Source: Thermoplasmata archaeon
GTDB lineage: Archaea; Thermoplasmatota; SW-10-69-26; JACQPN01; JAJPHT01
Length of the DNA stretch: 33,184 nucleotides
NCBI GenBank assembly: GCA_034667685.1
Contig: JAXDQU010000117.1
Coordinates: 1 to 33,184, forward strand
Direction of reading: 5' to 3'
The notes beneath the pieces were generated by a model. It ran no database searches and had not been told where the DNA came from. It saw only the letters and a list, made by a program, of their open reading frames with translations. This document shows, piece by piece, positions 9,201 through 17,474 of this stretch. Each line of letters opens with the position of its first letter. The first letter of the stretch is position 1. A program made the translations under genes and the position numbers.

Positions 9201-10737
9201 CGCCGGGATTGCCGGCGGTGTCGTTCGCCCAGACGTAGATCGTGTCGCCCGGGATGCAGGAGAAGCCGCACGTCCACGACTCCGTGTCGACGGTCGTGCA
9301 CGAGTTGCCCGAGCGCGCGGGCGCGAAGCCCGTCGCGCCCGCGTACTCGCTCGCCCTGTTATCGGGCGAGGTCGCGACGGCATCCAGCGTCAGGCCGAAG
9401 GTGTACGTGCCGCCGAACCAGGCGTTCGTGCCGGGCGCGAAGCTCACGCGCGCGTCTTGGCCGACGCCGACGGTGAGCTGGCTCACGAGGCGCCCCGAGA
9501 CGTTCAAGGGGCAGGAGCTGCCGCCCGAGCCGGGGCCGCCGTAGAGCCAGTTCGCGCCGTACCAGAGCCGGCTCGACGCATTGTAGCAGCCCGAGAGCGC
9601 GGAGGCGAACGACTGGTTGCCGGTGGTGGCGGTCGACGCAGCCCACGCGATCGAGCCATCTGGGTACGTCACCGAGAGGTTGAACGCGTGCTGCGGGCTG
9701 CTCAGGAAGGACGAGCCGGCCTGGAAGACGGGCGTGACGACGTTCGCCGCGTCGGGCGGCAGGAGCGGCGTGAACGAGACGACGGTCTGGGAGCCCGGAT
9801 CCGCCGCGCTCTCGTTCCACGCCATGCTCAGCGGCGCCGCGTCGATGGTCAGGTTGGCCTGGCCCTTGACGTCCGCGGCGCCGGAGCCCGCGACGTTCGC
9901 GCTGACGTTCACGAGGTACGTGCCGGCCGGGGGCGTGCCGCCCTGGAGGATGGTGGCCGTGCCGCTGGCGTCGGTCGTGGCGCCGTTGGCGAGGCCGCTG
10001 ATGGGCGGGAAGATGGTGACCGTGGCGCCCGAGCGCGGCGCGCCCGCGGCGTCCTCCGCGGTGATGGTGAAGAAGAAGCCGCCCGGGACCGTGGGCGCGT
10101 ACGTGGCCGAGGTCCGGCTGAGCGCGACGGTCGTCTCGCCGATCTTCGGCGCGACCTGGAAGCGCGCGACGCTGGCGCCGCTCGTGGCGTTCACGACGGT
10201 CCACGCGCCGCTCTCGTTGAGCACGGCATGGACGAAGGTCAGGTTGGCGAACGCGGCCGGCTCGCAGGGCGCCATGTAGGCCGCGAGGGCCGACTGCTCC
10301 GCGGCGCTGGTCGTCGTCGCGTCGTAGGCCGCGACCTTCTGCGCGCTCCAGCCGCAGTGCTCCAGGTCGGCCTGGGGGCTCACGGCGCTGCCCACCCTCG
10401 CGCCCGAGGGGGCCGCGAGCTGGTAGGTCGTCCCCGCGGCGAGATCGACCGCGGTGGCGCCGCGCGCGTTGTCGATGGCCGTCATCGTGAGGTCGAGGGT
10501 GCTGTTGTAGGAGAGGGAGGCGTTCTCGGGGTACGCCACCGCCGCGTCGGCCGTCGACGAATTCCAGTGCAGCACGCGGATGGGGTTGCCCACGGTCAGG
10601 ACCGTCGTCGCGTCCGCGACGTCGCGCGCGCCGCTGGTCGAGTCGCCCGCCACGGCGTCGCCGCGCGCGAGGCCCACCAGGGGAAGGTTGGCCAGCAAAA
10701 GAAGGACAAGGAGCGCGCTGGGGCGCGGAGCGGTCAT
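6196..10737 (-). CDS. Large secreted surface protein with Ig-like, PKD, tandem Big-type Ig and C-terminal CARDB-like domains (~1513 aa)
   Basis: Signal peptide MTAPRPSALLVLLLLANLPLVGLARG; PKD motif WSLDFGDG...HTY...GPHVATLSV; four repeats P.V.I.SP..G..V.G...G.A...V.V.D.G.W..A.G..W; terminal VHNLG...LPALAPGGSAEV...WDT...SLAND. Confidence 0.88.
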   Translation of the reverse strand: MTAPRPSALLVLLLLANLPLVGLARGDAVAGDSTSGARDVADATTVLTVGNPIRVLHWNSSTADAAVAYPENASLSYNSTLDLTMTAIDNARGATAVDLAAGTTYQLAAPSGARVGSAVSPQADLEHCGWSAQKVAAYDATTTSAAEQSALAAYMAPCEPAAFANLTFVHAVLNESGAWTVVNATSGASVARFQVAPKIGETTVALSRTSATYAPTVPGGFFFTITAEDAAGAPRSGATVTIFPPISGLANGATTDASGTATILQGGTPPAGTYLVNVSANVAGSGAADVKGQANLTIDAAPLSMAWNESAADPGSQTVVSFTPLLPPDAANVVTPVFQAGSSFLSSPQHAFNLSVTYPDGSIAWAASTATTGNQSFASALSGCYNASSRLWYGANWLYGGPGSGGSSCPLNVSGRLVSQLTVGVGQDARVSFAPGTNAWFGGTYTFGLTLDAVATSPDNRASEYAGATGFAPARSGNSCTTVDTESWTCGFSCIPGDTIYVWANDTAGNPGDYPSVEGTCGGADAGCQANLQCSATSGTTASSSAMGTCSLLTSATSGTCIATQPPPSCGAPYAVLSPFSQRGEAPYAAGFSLRGFADSMCGLASWSLDFGDGSGPASGTDLPPSFLRHTYGAGPHVATLSVAQSDGQSAQASASVDVSYTWVRLALTENGGAAGSLAVLPTAQNALQTHTLALNVTGSSVFSHPLCESDADGGQALARSDCRNLNAGGAAPTTTDESNYVENVTVSGAVLTGANPGLVGTPAGNTRGAYNYMTYDATAGIVTIYNVVPTGSGNVVFDVDWPGVGWGNVTVPTSGGAALALSTPAIPQDEAALFTASVEDPFGNLVTTAQVTCIYEDGTTSLSNLAGSACLGAGIHGTGAPGLGQGGVYDLNVTSQAMQSVILQARVQPPGGGQASYALARLQVTSPRLAVTPSAAQVTVGDPVTIHVAQVGQPVAGASVAIMQGATTVASLVTDAEGNVVVSGLPAGSYQVVATLGDLQSSASFDVVPPFVDRAPTVVIVSPASGSIVRGVATIAGNASDPDGQPVAVRVRVDGGAWQGANGAEGWTFLLDTTTLRDGAHEIEAQATDGELGSTIDAIQVVARNAPPAIAITSPAAGESVQGRFLVGGEASQAEGSIASVEISLDAGAWRAANGTGPWSTALDVSGLRNGEHTLAARATDDAGNRATTQETILVANAPRVSILAPGFLAVEAGVVLVEGAAQGSGSGPLVVELRADEGAWQPVSGDASWLRYVDTAALADGVHDLAARATQDGLVSPVALVQVRTANGAPPALAIDAPGNRSTVGGLVAVSGRAFAPQGHVARVEWSSGGAMQTAFGLESWSFTYDARAAGPRGAATLFVRATDDAGRQTGALLALTIDNRADAAIAPADITVERAPIETDFGSVPNCVTEHRLVHVVVHNLGASATTAGSVMLTMRAGSTTRLVGDAALPALAPGGSAEVVIVWDTTGTVGDVTLTARAFVPDAQRSLANDAADVAQHVLVGGLGFGVTT

Positions 10738-10807
10738 CGTGAAGCCTCGGCTCCGCAGCCCCGTGCCCCACCTAAGGGTGACGGACGTCACCCTGGGTGG
10801 AGACGGG

Positions 10808-12676
10808 TTACTCGCACGCGTGGCTGGGGTCGTTGGCGACGTCCGCGGTGCGCGTGCCGATGTCCTTGCCGGTCGGGTTCGCGCTCGAGGAGGCGGAGAC
10901 GACGGTGGTGTCGTAACAGTCGACGTCGCGCACGTTGTAAGCGTCGCCGACCTTCGGGGCGCTGCTCTGCACGCCCGAGGCGTCCACGTTCCAGCTCGCG
11001 GGGTCGCAGTTCCAGCCGTAGACGTTGGGCGCGCCGGTGCCGATGCCGCTCAGGCACATCTCGGCGCCGTACGTGCCCGCGTTGCCGGGCGTGGCGACGC
11101 CGCTGAGGCCGACCGTCGCGTAGAACGAGACGTAGTAGGCCGGGGTCGTGTCGGGCTGGACGGCGGGGAGCGCGCCGCTGCGGTCCGCCGAGGGGGCGGC
11201 GACCGCGGGGTGCATGTTGACCCAGTTGGTCGCGCCGAACCATCCCTCGCCGTAGTTCACGCCCAGGCCGCGGCTGCCGGGCTGGCCGCAGTTGAGGGCG
11301 GGGACGGCGTTGGGGTCGTTGGGGATCGGGTCGGGGCCGCCCGTGCCGAAGGCGTCCCAGAGCGTCTGCGCGTCGCACGTGCCGCGGCTGCCGGGGCCTT
11401 CCCACGAGAAGACCATGTCGGGCGTCTTCTTGTTGCCCGCGAGCACGTCGCCGGGCGCGCCGCCCGTGGAGATGGGGTACGCGTAGATCCAGTTGGAGTG
11501 CTGGCTCTCGGCGTCGCACTTGGTGCCGCCGCCCAGGTAGAGGCTGTCGGCCGCGTCGCCGTCGCCCGTCAGGCTCGTCTCGACCTGCGGCGTCTCGCTG
11601 AGCGTCTCGTTGACGGTGGCGGGGCCCGTGCCCGCGGGGTTCACGCGCGGGCTGCCCACGGGGTAGGTGGTGACGTTGACGAAGACGTCGCCCACGTTGC
11701 CGCCGGTGGGGTCCTCGACGTGCTCGCGCGTGGTCTGGGCGTTGCCGCCGCAGTCGGTCTCGCCATAGACGAAGGCGTTGCTGTCGCAGGGCTCCTTGGG
11801 CGGGCTCGCCGGGTCGCCCTTGCAGGCCTGCTCCGTGCCGGGGTAGGGCTTGTCGAGCGGGCCGCCGTCCTGGTAGAGCGTGGAGGGGCGCGGGAGCATG
11901 CCCACGACGCTGGGCGCGCCGCCGTACGCGTTGTCGTAGAGGTCGTTGGGCGTGGGGCCCTGGCGCGACTCGTCGCACACGACCTGCTGGATGACGCCGC
12001 CCGTGTGGGACGCCTTGTCGCCGTCCGTGGCCGGGGTGAGGACCGCGGAGGAGCAGTGGTCGTTGGGCACGAAGGGCGTCGCGGGCGTCTCGGGCTTGGA
12101 CTCCTTGTCGGCCCAGATCTTGAGGTCGGGGTCGAAGAGGAGACGGTAGTTCGAGACGTTCGCCGCGGCGCGCGCGTTGGCGCCCGTGGGCGTCTCGGAC
12201 CCGATGGGGATCAGCTCGGTGATCCAGCCGCCGTGGTTGTGGATCTTCCCCGCGTTGGCCGCGGAGTCGGGGAGGTCGGGGCAGATCGCGGGGTCCACGG
12301 GCAGGTTCGCGGCGCCGCTGACCTCGGCGCGGTACTCGATGAGCGCGCCGTCGCCCATGCCGATGAAGCCGTCGTGGTTGCAGTCGGCCCAGACGCCGAG
12401 GATCGCGCGGTACGCGCCCTCGCCCACGCCCAGGATGCGGCTGCCCAGCGTCGGGCTGTTGATGGCGACCGCGCCGCCCGAGCCCTCGTTGACGAAGCCG
12501 TTGAAGTAGACGTGGTCCGTGGCCGTGTCCGGACCGCTGGTCCACATGAGGCCCTGGTCGCGGTCGAACTTCGTGTCCGGCTCCGCGCCGCCGTAGGAGC
12601 CCCAACCGGCCAGGCCGGCGGGGAGGCAAAGCACCGCGCAGAGCGCGACGCAGGTGAACGTGATGACGCTTCTCAT
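10808..12676 (-). CDS. Secreted Cys/Pro/Gly-rich hypothetical protein (622 aa)
   Basis: Signal peptide MRSVITFTCVALCAVLCLPAGLA from ATG 12676; strong GC3 bias in this frame; WADCNHDGFIG resembles a Dx[DN]xDG calcium-binding loop. Confidence 0.8.
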   Translation of the reverse strand: MRSVITFTCVALCAVLCLPAGLAGWGSYGGAEPDTKFDRDQGLMWTSGPDTATDHVYFNGFVNEGSGGAVAINSPTLGSRILGVGEGAYRAILGVWADCNHDGFIGMGDGALIEYRAEVSGAANLPVDPAICPDLPDSAANAGKIHNHGGWITELIPIGSETPTGANARAAANVSNYRLLFDPDLKIWADKESKPETPATPFVPNDHCSSAVLTPATDGDKASHTGGVIQQVVCDESRQGPTPNDLYDNAYGGAPSVVGMLPRPSTLYQDGGPLDKPYPGTEQACKGDPASPPKEPCDSNAFVYGETDCGGNAQTTREHVEDPTGGNVGDVFVNVTTYPVGSPRVNPAGTGPATVNETLSETPQVETSLTGDGDAADSLYLGGGTKCDAESQHSNWIYAYPISTGGAPGDVLAGNKKTPDMVFSWEGPGSRGTCDAQTLWDAFGTGGPDPIPNDPNAVPALNCGQPGSRGLGVNYGEGWFGATNWVNMHPAVAAPSADRSGALPAVQPDTTPAYYVSFYATVGLSGVATPGNAGTYGAEMCLSGIGTGAPNVYGWNCDPASWNVDASGVQSSAPKVGDAYNVRDVDCYDTTVVSASSSANPTGKDIGTRTADVANDPSHACE

Positions 12677-12797
12677 CTCAAGCAGCTCCAAAGCCCGCGG
12701 CTGGACCGCGGGTCCCGGCCTGGCAGCGCGTCGGCGCCGCATGACGGCTTTCGTGAGTCCCTGTGCGATTCGTCCGCTCGTCCGGTCGGGGCAAGCC

Positions 12798-12804
12798 CAT
12801 ATAG
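12798..12804 (+). promoter_or_regulatory. TATA-like box (CATATAG) in a divergent intergenic region
   Basis: Most TA-rich word in the 12677-12825 gap; 22-28 nt upstream of GTG 12826. Confidence 0.5.
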
Positions 12805-12825
12805 CGGCGCGGACCAAGGGGGCGC

Positions 12826-13995
12826 GTGAGCGCGGCGCTGACCCATGCGGCCATGGGCCTGCTGCTGGGCCTGGCCCTGCGCCTGCGCGGCCGGGAGCTG
12901 CCGCTGGCCGCCGGCCTGGCGCTCCTGCCCGACCTCGACCACGCCGGGCTGTTCATCCCGGCGCTGGCGCCCTACCTCATCGCGCGCGGAACGCTCACGA
13001 ACGTCTTCACCTGCCTGCTGATCCCCGTCGCCCTGGCCGCGTGGATGCGCTGGCGCGACCTGTGGCCGACGTGGCAGCGCTTCGCCCTCGCCGCGCCGCT
13101 GATCCTCGCCAGCCACCTGCTCCTGGACATGCTCCCGCTCGATCCGCTCGGCGGCGTGGGCAGCGTCACGCTGTTCTACCCGGTGAGCCTCGCGAAGTAC
13201 ACCATCGACTACAGCCCGCTCGACTCGCTCTCGCCCGCGACGTACAGCACCATCACGATCCTCCTCGTCGTGCTCGTGGGCATGACCGCGCTCACGCTCT
13301 GGGTCGCCGAGGGGCGGCGCCTCCGGCCCACCATCGCGCTCGCGGGCGCGTGGCTCCTCGTCGTCCCCGCGGCGGGCGTCGCAGGCGCCATCATCCAGGC
13401 GCCGGCGTGGCCCGACGCCGACCTCAGCCTCGAAGCGCCGCGCCTCCGCCTCCCGGAAGGCGCCATCCTCGCCGTCGTCCACGACCTGGCCGGCACGGGC
13501 TTCGGCGCGGGCGCGCTGCGCCTCGAAGCGCGGGCGGGCGGGACCCTCGTCGCCACCGCGGAGAACCCCCGCCTCGACCCGGGCGGCGCGTGGGTCGTCG
13601 ACGCGCCCCTCACCGGCGACGCGCGGAGCCTCGGCGCCATCACCGTCTCCATCGTCCACGCCCGCACGCACCACGCCTACGCCACCGCGCGCGCCAGCGT
13701 CGAGAAGGGGCACCTCACCCTCCCGCTCTCGCTCTCGCCCGACACGCCGCCCACGCGCCTCGTCGCGCGCAACGCCGGCACCTTCGCCGCGCCCGCCAAG
13801 AGCCTGCGCGCCCTCGCCACGCAGAACGGCGCCGAGGTCGCCAACCTGACCAACGACGCCGCCCTGGAATCCGGCGGCGCCTGGACGCTCCCCGCCGCGG
13901 GCTCACTCGCGGGCGGCCTCGTCACCTGGGAGCTGCGCGCCGCCGACGACGGCTACCTCTACGACCGGCAGACCCTCGCCCCCACGTTGCCCTAG
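12826..13995 (+). CDS. YdjM-like membrane metal-dependent hydrolase with an extra C-terminal soluble domain
   Basis: Motifs THAAMG, LLPDLDH, RG, SHLLLD and LFYP with about six hydrophobic helices, then ~190 aa of beta-rich soluble sequence. Confidence 0.8.
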   Translation: MSAALTHAAMGLLLGLALRLRGRELPLAAGLALLPDLDHAGLFIPALAPYLIARGTLTNVFTCLLIPVALAAWMRWRDLWPTWQRFALAAPLILASHLLLDMLPLDPLGGVGSVTLFYPVSLAKYTIDYSPLDSLSPATYSTITILLVVLVGMTALTLWVAEGRRLRPTIALAGAWLLVVPAAGVAGAIIQAPAWPDADLSLEAPRLRLPEGAILAVVHDLAGTGFGAGALRLEARAGGTLVATAENPRLDPGGAWVVDAPLTGDARSLGAITVSIVHARTHHAYATARASVEKGHLTLPLSLSPDTPPTRLVARNAGTFAAPAKSLRALATQNGAEVANLTNDAALESGGAWTLPAAGSLAGGLVTWELRAADDGYLYDRQTLAPTLP

Positions 13996-14162
13996 AGCGC
14001 ACCTCTAGAGCCCTGCTGGTGAAGGCGCGATCCCGAACCCTTTTCATACCCCTTCGCCAAGCCCCGACCCATCGGGCCCCGCGGGGCGGCGCGCAGGAGT
14101 GGAAACTCCGCGAGATTCATAGCCCTCGCCCCAGAGTCGGCCCTGCTCCCGGAAGGACACCG

Positions 14163-15110
14163 ATGGAACGCATCGATGCGAAAGGCAAAGTGCCCGTGAA
14201 CGTCCGCACCGGACCCCGCGTCCTGGTGGCCATCCCCTGCTACAACGAGGAGCTCGCCATCGCCGGCGTCGTCCTCCGCAGCAAGCGCCACGCCGAAGAG
14301 GTCCTCGTCATCGACGACGGCAGCAAGGACCAGACCGTCGAAGTCGCCACCATGGCCGGCGCCACCGTCACCAAGAACCCCGGCAACAAAGGCAAAGGAT
14401 ACGGCGTCCGCCGCGCCTTCCAGCACGCCCACGACGGAGGCTTCGACGCCCTCGTCCTCATCGACGGCGACGGCCAGCACGACCCCGACGAGATCCCCCT
14501 CCTCCTCGCCCCCATCCTCCAAGCCGACAAGGAAGTCGCCCTCGGCTTCCGCGCCGGCGACAAGACCGAAATGCCAGCCTGGCGCCGCGTGGGCAAACGC
14601 GTCCTCGACTACGCCACCGCCGCCGGCGGCGCCGGCATCGTCACCGACAGCCAATGCGGCTACCGCGCCTTCGGCAAACGCGCCATCGCCGAGATGAACG
14701 AGAAATTGTCCGGCGACGGCTTCTCGATCGAATCCGAACAGCTCGTCGTCATGAAAGACGCCGGGCTATCCTTCGAGAACGTCGAGATCCACTGCAAGTA
14801 CGAAGGCATCGACGGCTCCACGAAAGGGCCGGTGGAGCATGCCGTGGGCGTGCTGACCTCCATCTTCGACATGATGACGTCGAAGCACCCGATGCGGTTT
14901 ATCGCGTTCCCGAGCGCGGTGCTCCTCGTGGGCGCGGTCTGGATGGGCATCCACACGCTCCAGCTCTACAACCAGACGCACTTCTTCGCCGTCGCCTATG
15001 CGCTGGGCAGCGCGACACTTGCCATCCTCGGCGCGATGGGAATCCTCGTGGCGATCATGCTGAAGATGATGACGCACATGGAACGCCGCATCAAGAAGGC
15101 CGTGAAGTGA
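14163..15110 (+). CDS. Glycosyltransferase family 2 (DPM1 / polyprenol-phosphate glycosyltransferase-like) with two C-terminal TM helices
   Basis: IPCYNEE, VIDDGSKDQT, NKGKG, IDGDGQHDP, TDSQCGYRAF and FSIESE motifs; ATG 14163 preceded by ggaagga. Confidence 0.93.
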   Translation: MERIDAKGKVPVNVRTGPRVLVAIPCYNEELAIAGVVLRSKRHAEEVLVIDDGSKDQTVEVATMAGATVTKNPGNKGKGYGVRRAFQHAHDGGFDALVLIDGDGQHDPDEIPLLLAPILQADKEVALGFRAGDKTEMPAWRRVGKRVLDYATAAGGAGIVTDSQCGYRAFGKRAIAEMNEKLSGDGFSIESEQLVVMKDAGLSFENVEIHCKYEGIDGSTKGPVEHAVGVLTSIFDMMTSKHPMRFIAFPSAVLLVGAVWMGIHTLQLYNQTHFFAVAYALGSATLAILGAMGILVAIMLKMMTHMERRIKKAVK

Positions 15111-15117
15111 GCCCACG

Positions 15118-16404
15118 ATGACCCACGACCACGCGCACGACCAGGCGCACGAACACGGCGAGGACGACGGGTTCCAGAAGGTCGCCGGCCAAGGCCACCA
15201 GGCGCGCAAGAAGACCCTGGTGCTCTTCCTCGACAACCTCCACCCGGCCTACCTGGAAAGCCGCGACCTCCCCGTGCTTGACGAGCTGGCGGGGCCGCGG
15301 GGCGCCTCGCGCGTCGAGACGATCCTAGGCTACAGCAACGCGATCCGCAACACCATCTTCACCGGCGCGAACCCGCGCACGCACGGCAAGTGGTCGAAGT
15401 TCAAGTACGACCCGGAGCGCTCGCCGTTCAAGAGCCTGGGCGCCTACAAGGCGATCGACCTCATCCCAGGCTCATTCCCGCAGCGCTGCGCGCGGTTCGC
15501 CTGCTCGCGGACGATCCTGAAGGCGCAGGGGCGCAAGAAGGGGTACGGGCAGCTCAGCTTCGAGAACGTCCCGATGGACCTCCTCCCCAACTTCGACTTC
15601 ACGGAGGAAGATATCACCAAGGAGAAGGGCAATGCGCCCACCATCTTCGAGATGTTCCGCGAGCAACGCGTGCCGTTCGCATATCTCAGCCTCCCGCTTC
15701 GCCTCACCGAGACCCATCTCCGGCAGATCGAGAAGAGCCTGAGCGAGAACGACGTCGTCGTCATCTACCTCTACAACCTCGACGCCGCCGGCCACTGGTG
15801 GGGCGTCGAGTCGGATCGGTTCCGCGGACCGAAGCGCTACGTCAACGAGTTCCTCGCCAAGGTGCGCGCGCGGGCGAGCGCGGCGTGGGGCAGCGACCAC
15901 CAGGTCTTCGTGTTCTCGGACCACGGCATGTCCACGGTCACGAGCCACGTGAACCTCGGCAAGCTGCTCAAGCGCACCAGCCCCGGCTTCCAGAAGGACT
16001 ACCTCGCCTTCATCGACTCCACGATGGCGCGCTTCTGGTATCGTAACGAAGCCGGCCGCGACGAGGCGCACCGCGCGATGGCGCAGGTCCGCGCCGGCCG
16101 CTGGCTCACCAAGGACGACGAGCGCCGCTTCGGCGTCGACTTCCCCAGCGCGGAATACGGCCAGGAGATCTTCCTCCTGGAGCCGGACACCGTCTTCTTC
16201 CCCGCGTACGTCTCGTGGCTGAAGCCCACGGGCATGCACGGCTTCTCCTGCGATCATCCTTCGCAGGATGGCACGTTCATCTGGTGGGACGGCGACGCGC
16301 GCGAGACGCCCGGCCGCATCCACATGACGGACATCGCGCCCACGATGCTTGCCTCGCTGGGCCTGGAGCTTCCGAAGACCATCGACGGAAGGGCCCTCAA
16401 GTGA
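15118..16404 (+). CDS. Alkaline phosphatase superfamily protein (nucleotide pyrophosphatase/phosphodiesterase-like)
   Basis: LFLDNL, GYSNAIRNTIFTG, LDAAGH, FSDHGM, GMHG and MTDIAPT motifs; no signal peptide; His/Asp-rich N-terminus. Confidence 0.9.
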   Translation: MTHDHAHDQAHEHGEDDGFQKVAGQGHQARKKTLVLFLDNLHPAYLESRDLPVLDELAGPRGASRVETILGYSNAIRNTIFTGANPRTHGKWSKFKYDPERSPFKSLGAYKAIDLIPGSFPQRCARFACSRTILKAQGRKKGYGQLSFENVPMDLLPNFDFTEEDITKEKGNAPTIFEMFREQRVPFAYLSLPLRLTETHLRQIEKSLSENDVVVIYLYNLDAAGHWWGVESDRFRGPKRYVNEFLAKVRARASAAWGSDHQVFVFSDHGMSTVTSHVNLGKLLKRTSPGFQKDYLAFIDSTMARFWYRNEAGRDEAHRAMAQVRAGRWLTKDDERRFGVDFPSAEYGQEIFLLEPDTVFFPAYVSWLKPTGMHGFSCDHPSQDGTFIWWDGDARETPGRIHMTDIAPTMLASLGLELPKTIDGRALK

Positions 16405-17474
16405 GCGCGCTGCCCGCCACGGTCCGCGACCAGGTGATCGCGCGCGAGCTGGGCGCAGCCGTCGAGGTCGTCCGCCGCGAGTTCCCCTCCGCGCTCTCGA
16501 TCGTCGTGAGCGGCAGCTGCGCGCGCGGCGACGCCATGATCGACGGAGACCCGCCGCGGCTCCTGAGTGACCTCGATCTCCTCGCGGTGGTGAGGCTGCG
16601 CGACGCGCCCAGGGCGATGTCGCGCTTCCCGGCCATCGCAGCGCTCGTCTCCGGCCGGACCGGGACGAAGGCGACGCTGGCGCCCCTGCTCGCGCCGGCC
16701 CTTTCCCGCGCGCCTCCCACGACGTTCTACCACGAGCTGCGCGTCCAGGCGAAGACAATCTGGGGTCCCGATCTGCTCGCGCGCATCCCGTGGTCGGACC
16801 CGCGCGACATCCGCCGCGACGACGCGCTCGACATCCTGCTCAACTACGTCGCGGACCTGCTTCGCCTGCGCGCGGAGCGATCGGAGGCCGACCTCGCCGC
16901 GCCGCTGACCCACGCCGACGCGCGCCGGCTCGCCCGGGCCCTCCTCGCGATCGGCGACGCCGCGCTCGTGCTGGAGGGCGCGTTCGCGGGCACCTTGCGC
17001 GACCGCGCCCACGCGGCGCGCGGCCGGCTCGCCGCGACGTTCCCCGCCACGAGGACCGCGGGAGGCGCCGACCTCCTCGAACGGGCCCTCGCGACGCGCG
17101 ACGGAGCGCCCGCGGGCCCCGGCCCCCTTGCGGACGCGCTCGCCGCCGCGCTGCGCCTTCTCGTCCTCGCGGTGGAAGAATCGGCCCGCATTCTCGCGCC
17201 GGGCGTGGAGACGGCGCAGGCGCTGCGCGAGCGGAGGTCGGCGCGCCGCGACGGCCAGTACCGCGCGCTGCGTCTCCTGGGTCGCCGCGACCTGGGAAGC
17301 CTGGGCCGGCGGATGTCGCCCGGCGTGATCCAGGTCCTCGCGTACGCGGAGGCGCGCCACCTCGCGGGGCTCCAGAAGGAGGCGCCGACGCCGCCGCCCT
17401 ACGCGAAGGAGTCGACCCTGACGTTCCTCCTCCACGAGTGGAGCCTCGCGTGCCCGGTGGTGGGATTCGCATGA
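16401..17474 (+). CDS. DNA polymerase beta-superfamily nucleotidyltransferase domain protein with helical C-terminus
   Basis: IVVSGSCARGD...SDLDLLAVV (hGS-x-DxD signature); GTGA overlap with the upstream stop and ATGA overlap with the downstream start. Confidence 0.82.
   Translation: MSALPATVRDQVIARELGAAVEVVRREFPSALSIVVSGSCARGDAMIDGDPPRLLSDLDLLAVVRLRDAPRAMSRFPAIAALVSGRTGTKATLAPLLAPALSRAPPTTFYHELRVQAKTIWGPDLLARIPWSDPRDIRRDDALDILLNYVADLLRLRAERSEADLAAPLTHADARRLARALLAIGDAALVLEGAFAGTLRDRAHAARGRLAATFPATRTAGGADLLERALATRDGAPAGPGPLADALAAALRLLVLAVEESARILAPGVETAQALRERRSARRDGQYRALRLLGRRDLGSLGRRMSPGVIQVLAYAEARHLAGLQKEAPTPPPYAKESTLTFLLHEWSLACPVVGFA

Noticed and set aside
6235-11106. 1623-aa plus-strand ORF and similar long Arg/Ala/Gly-rich ORFs (6032..9301, 10580..12829, 10788..12629, 19947..21596, 27613..29319)
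   Set aside because: Antisense or off-frame shadows of real genes in high-GC DNA; no motifs and low-complexity composition.
13992-14011. Short CTAGAGC direct repeat after the hydrolase stop codon
   Set aside because: Only 7 bp with a 6-7 nt gap; not enough evidence for a target-site duplication.
12654-14162. Apparent 818-aa GT2 with a long N-terminal extension
   Set aside because: The extension is an off-frame overlap with the YdjM-like gene; the GT2 domain begins after ATG 14163, which has its own ribosome-binding-like sequence.
16790-17470. N-terminal extension of GT4 (607-aa ORF), and likewise the 16215 start of the NTase
   Set aside because: They overlap upstream genes in another frame; ATGA and GTGA coupling defines the true starts at 17471 and 16401.
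16401-17474. MNT-HEPN toxin-antitoxin or CBASS-type cyclase
   Set aside because: No adjacent HEPN or effector gene; the context is purely glycan biosynthesis.
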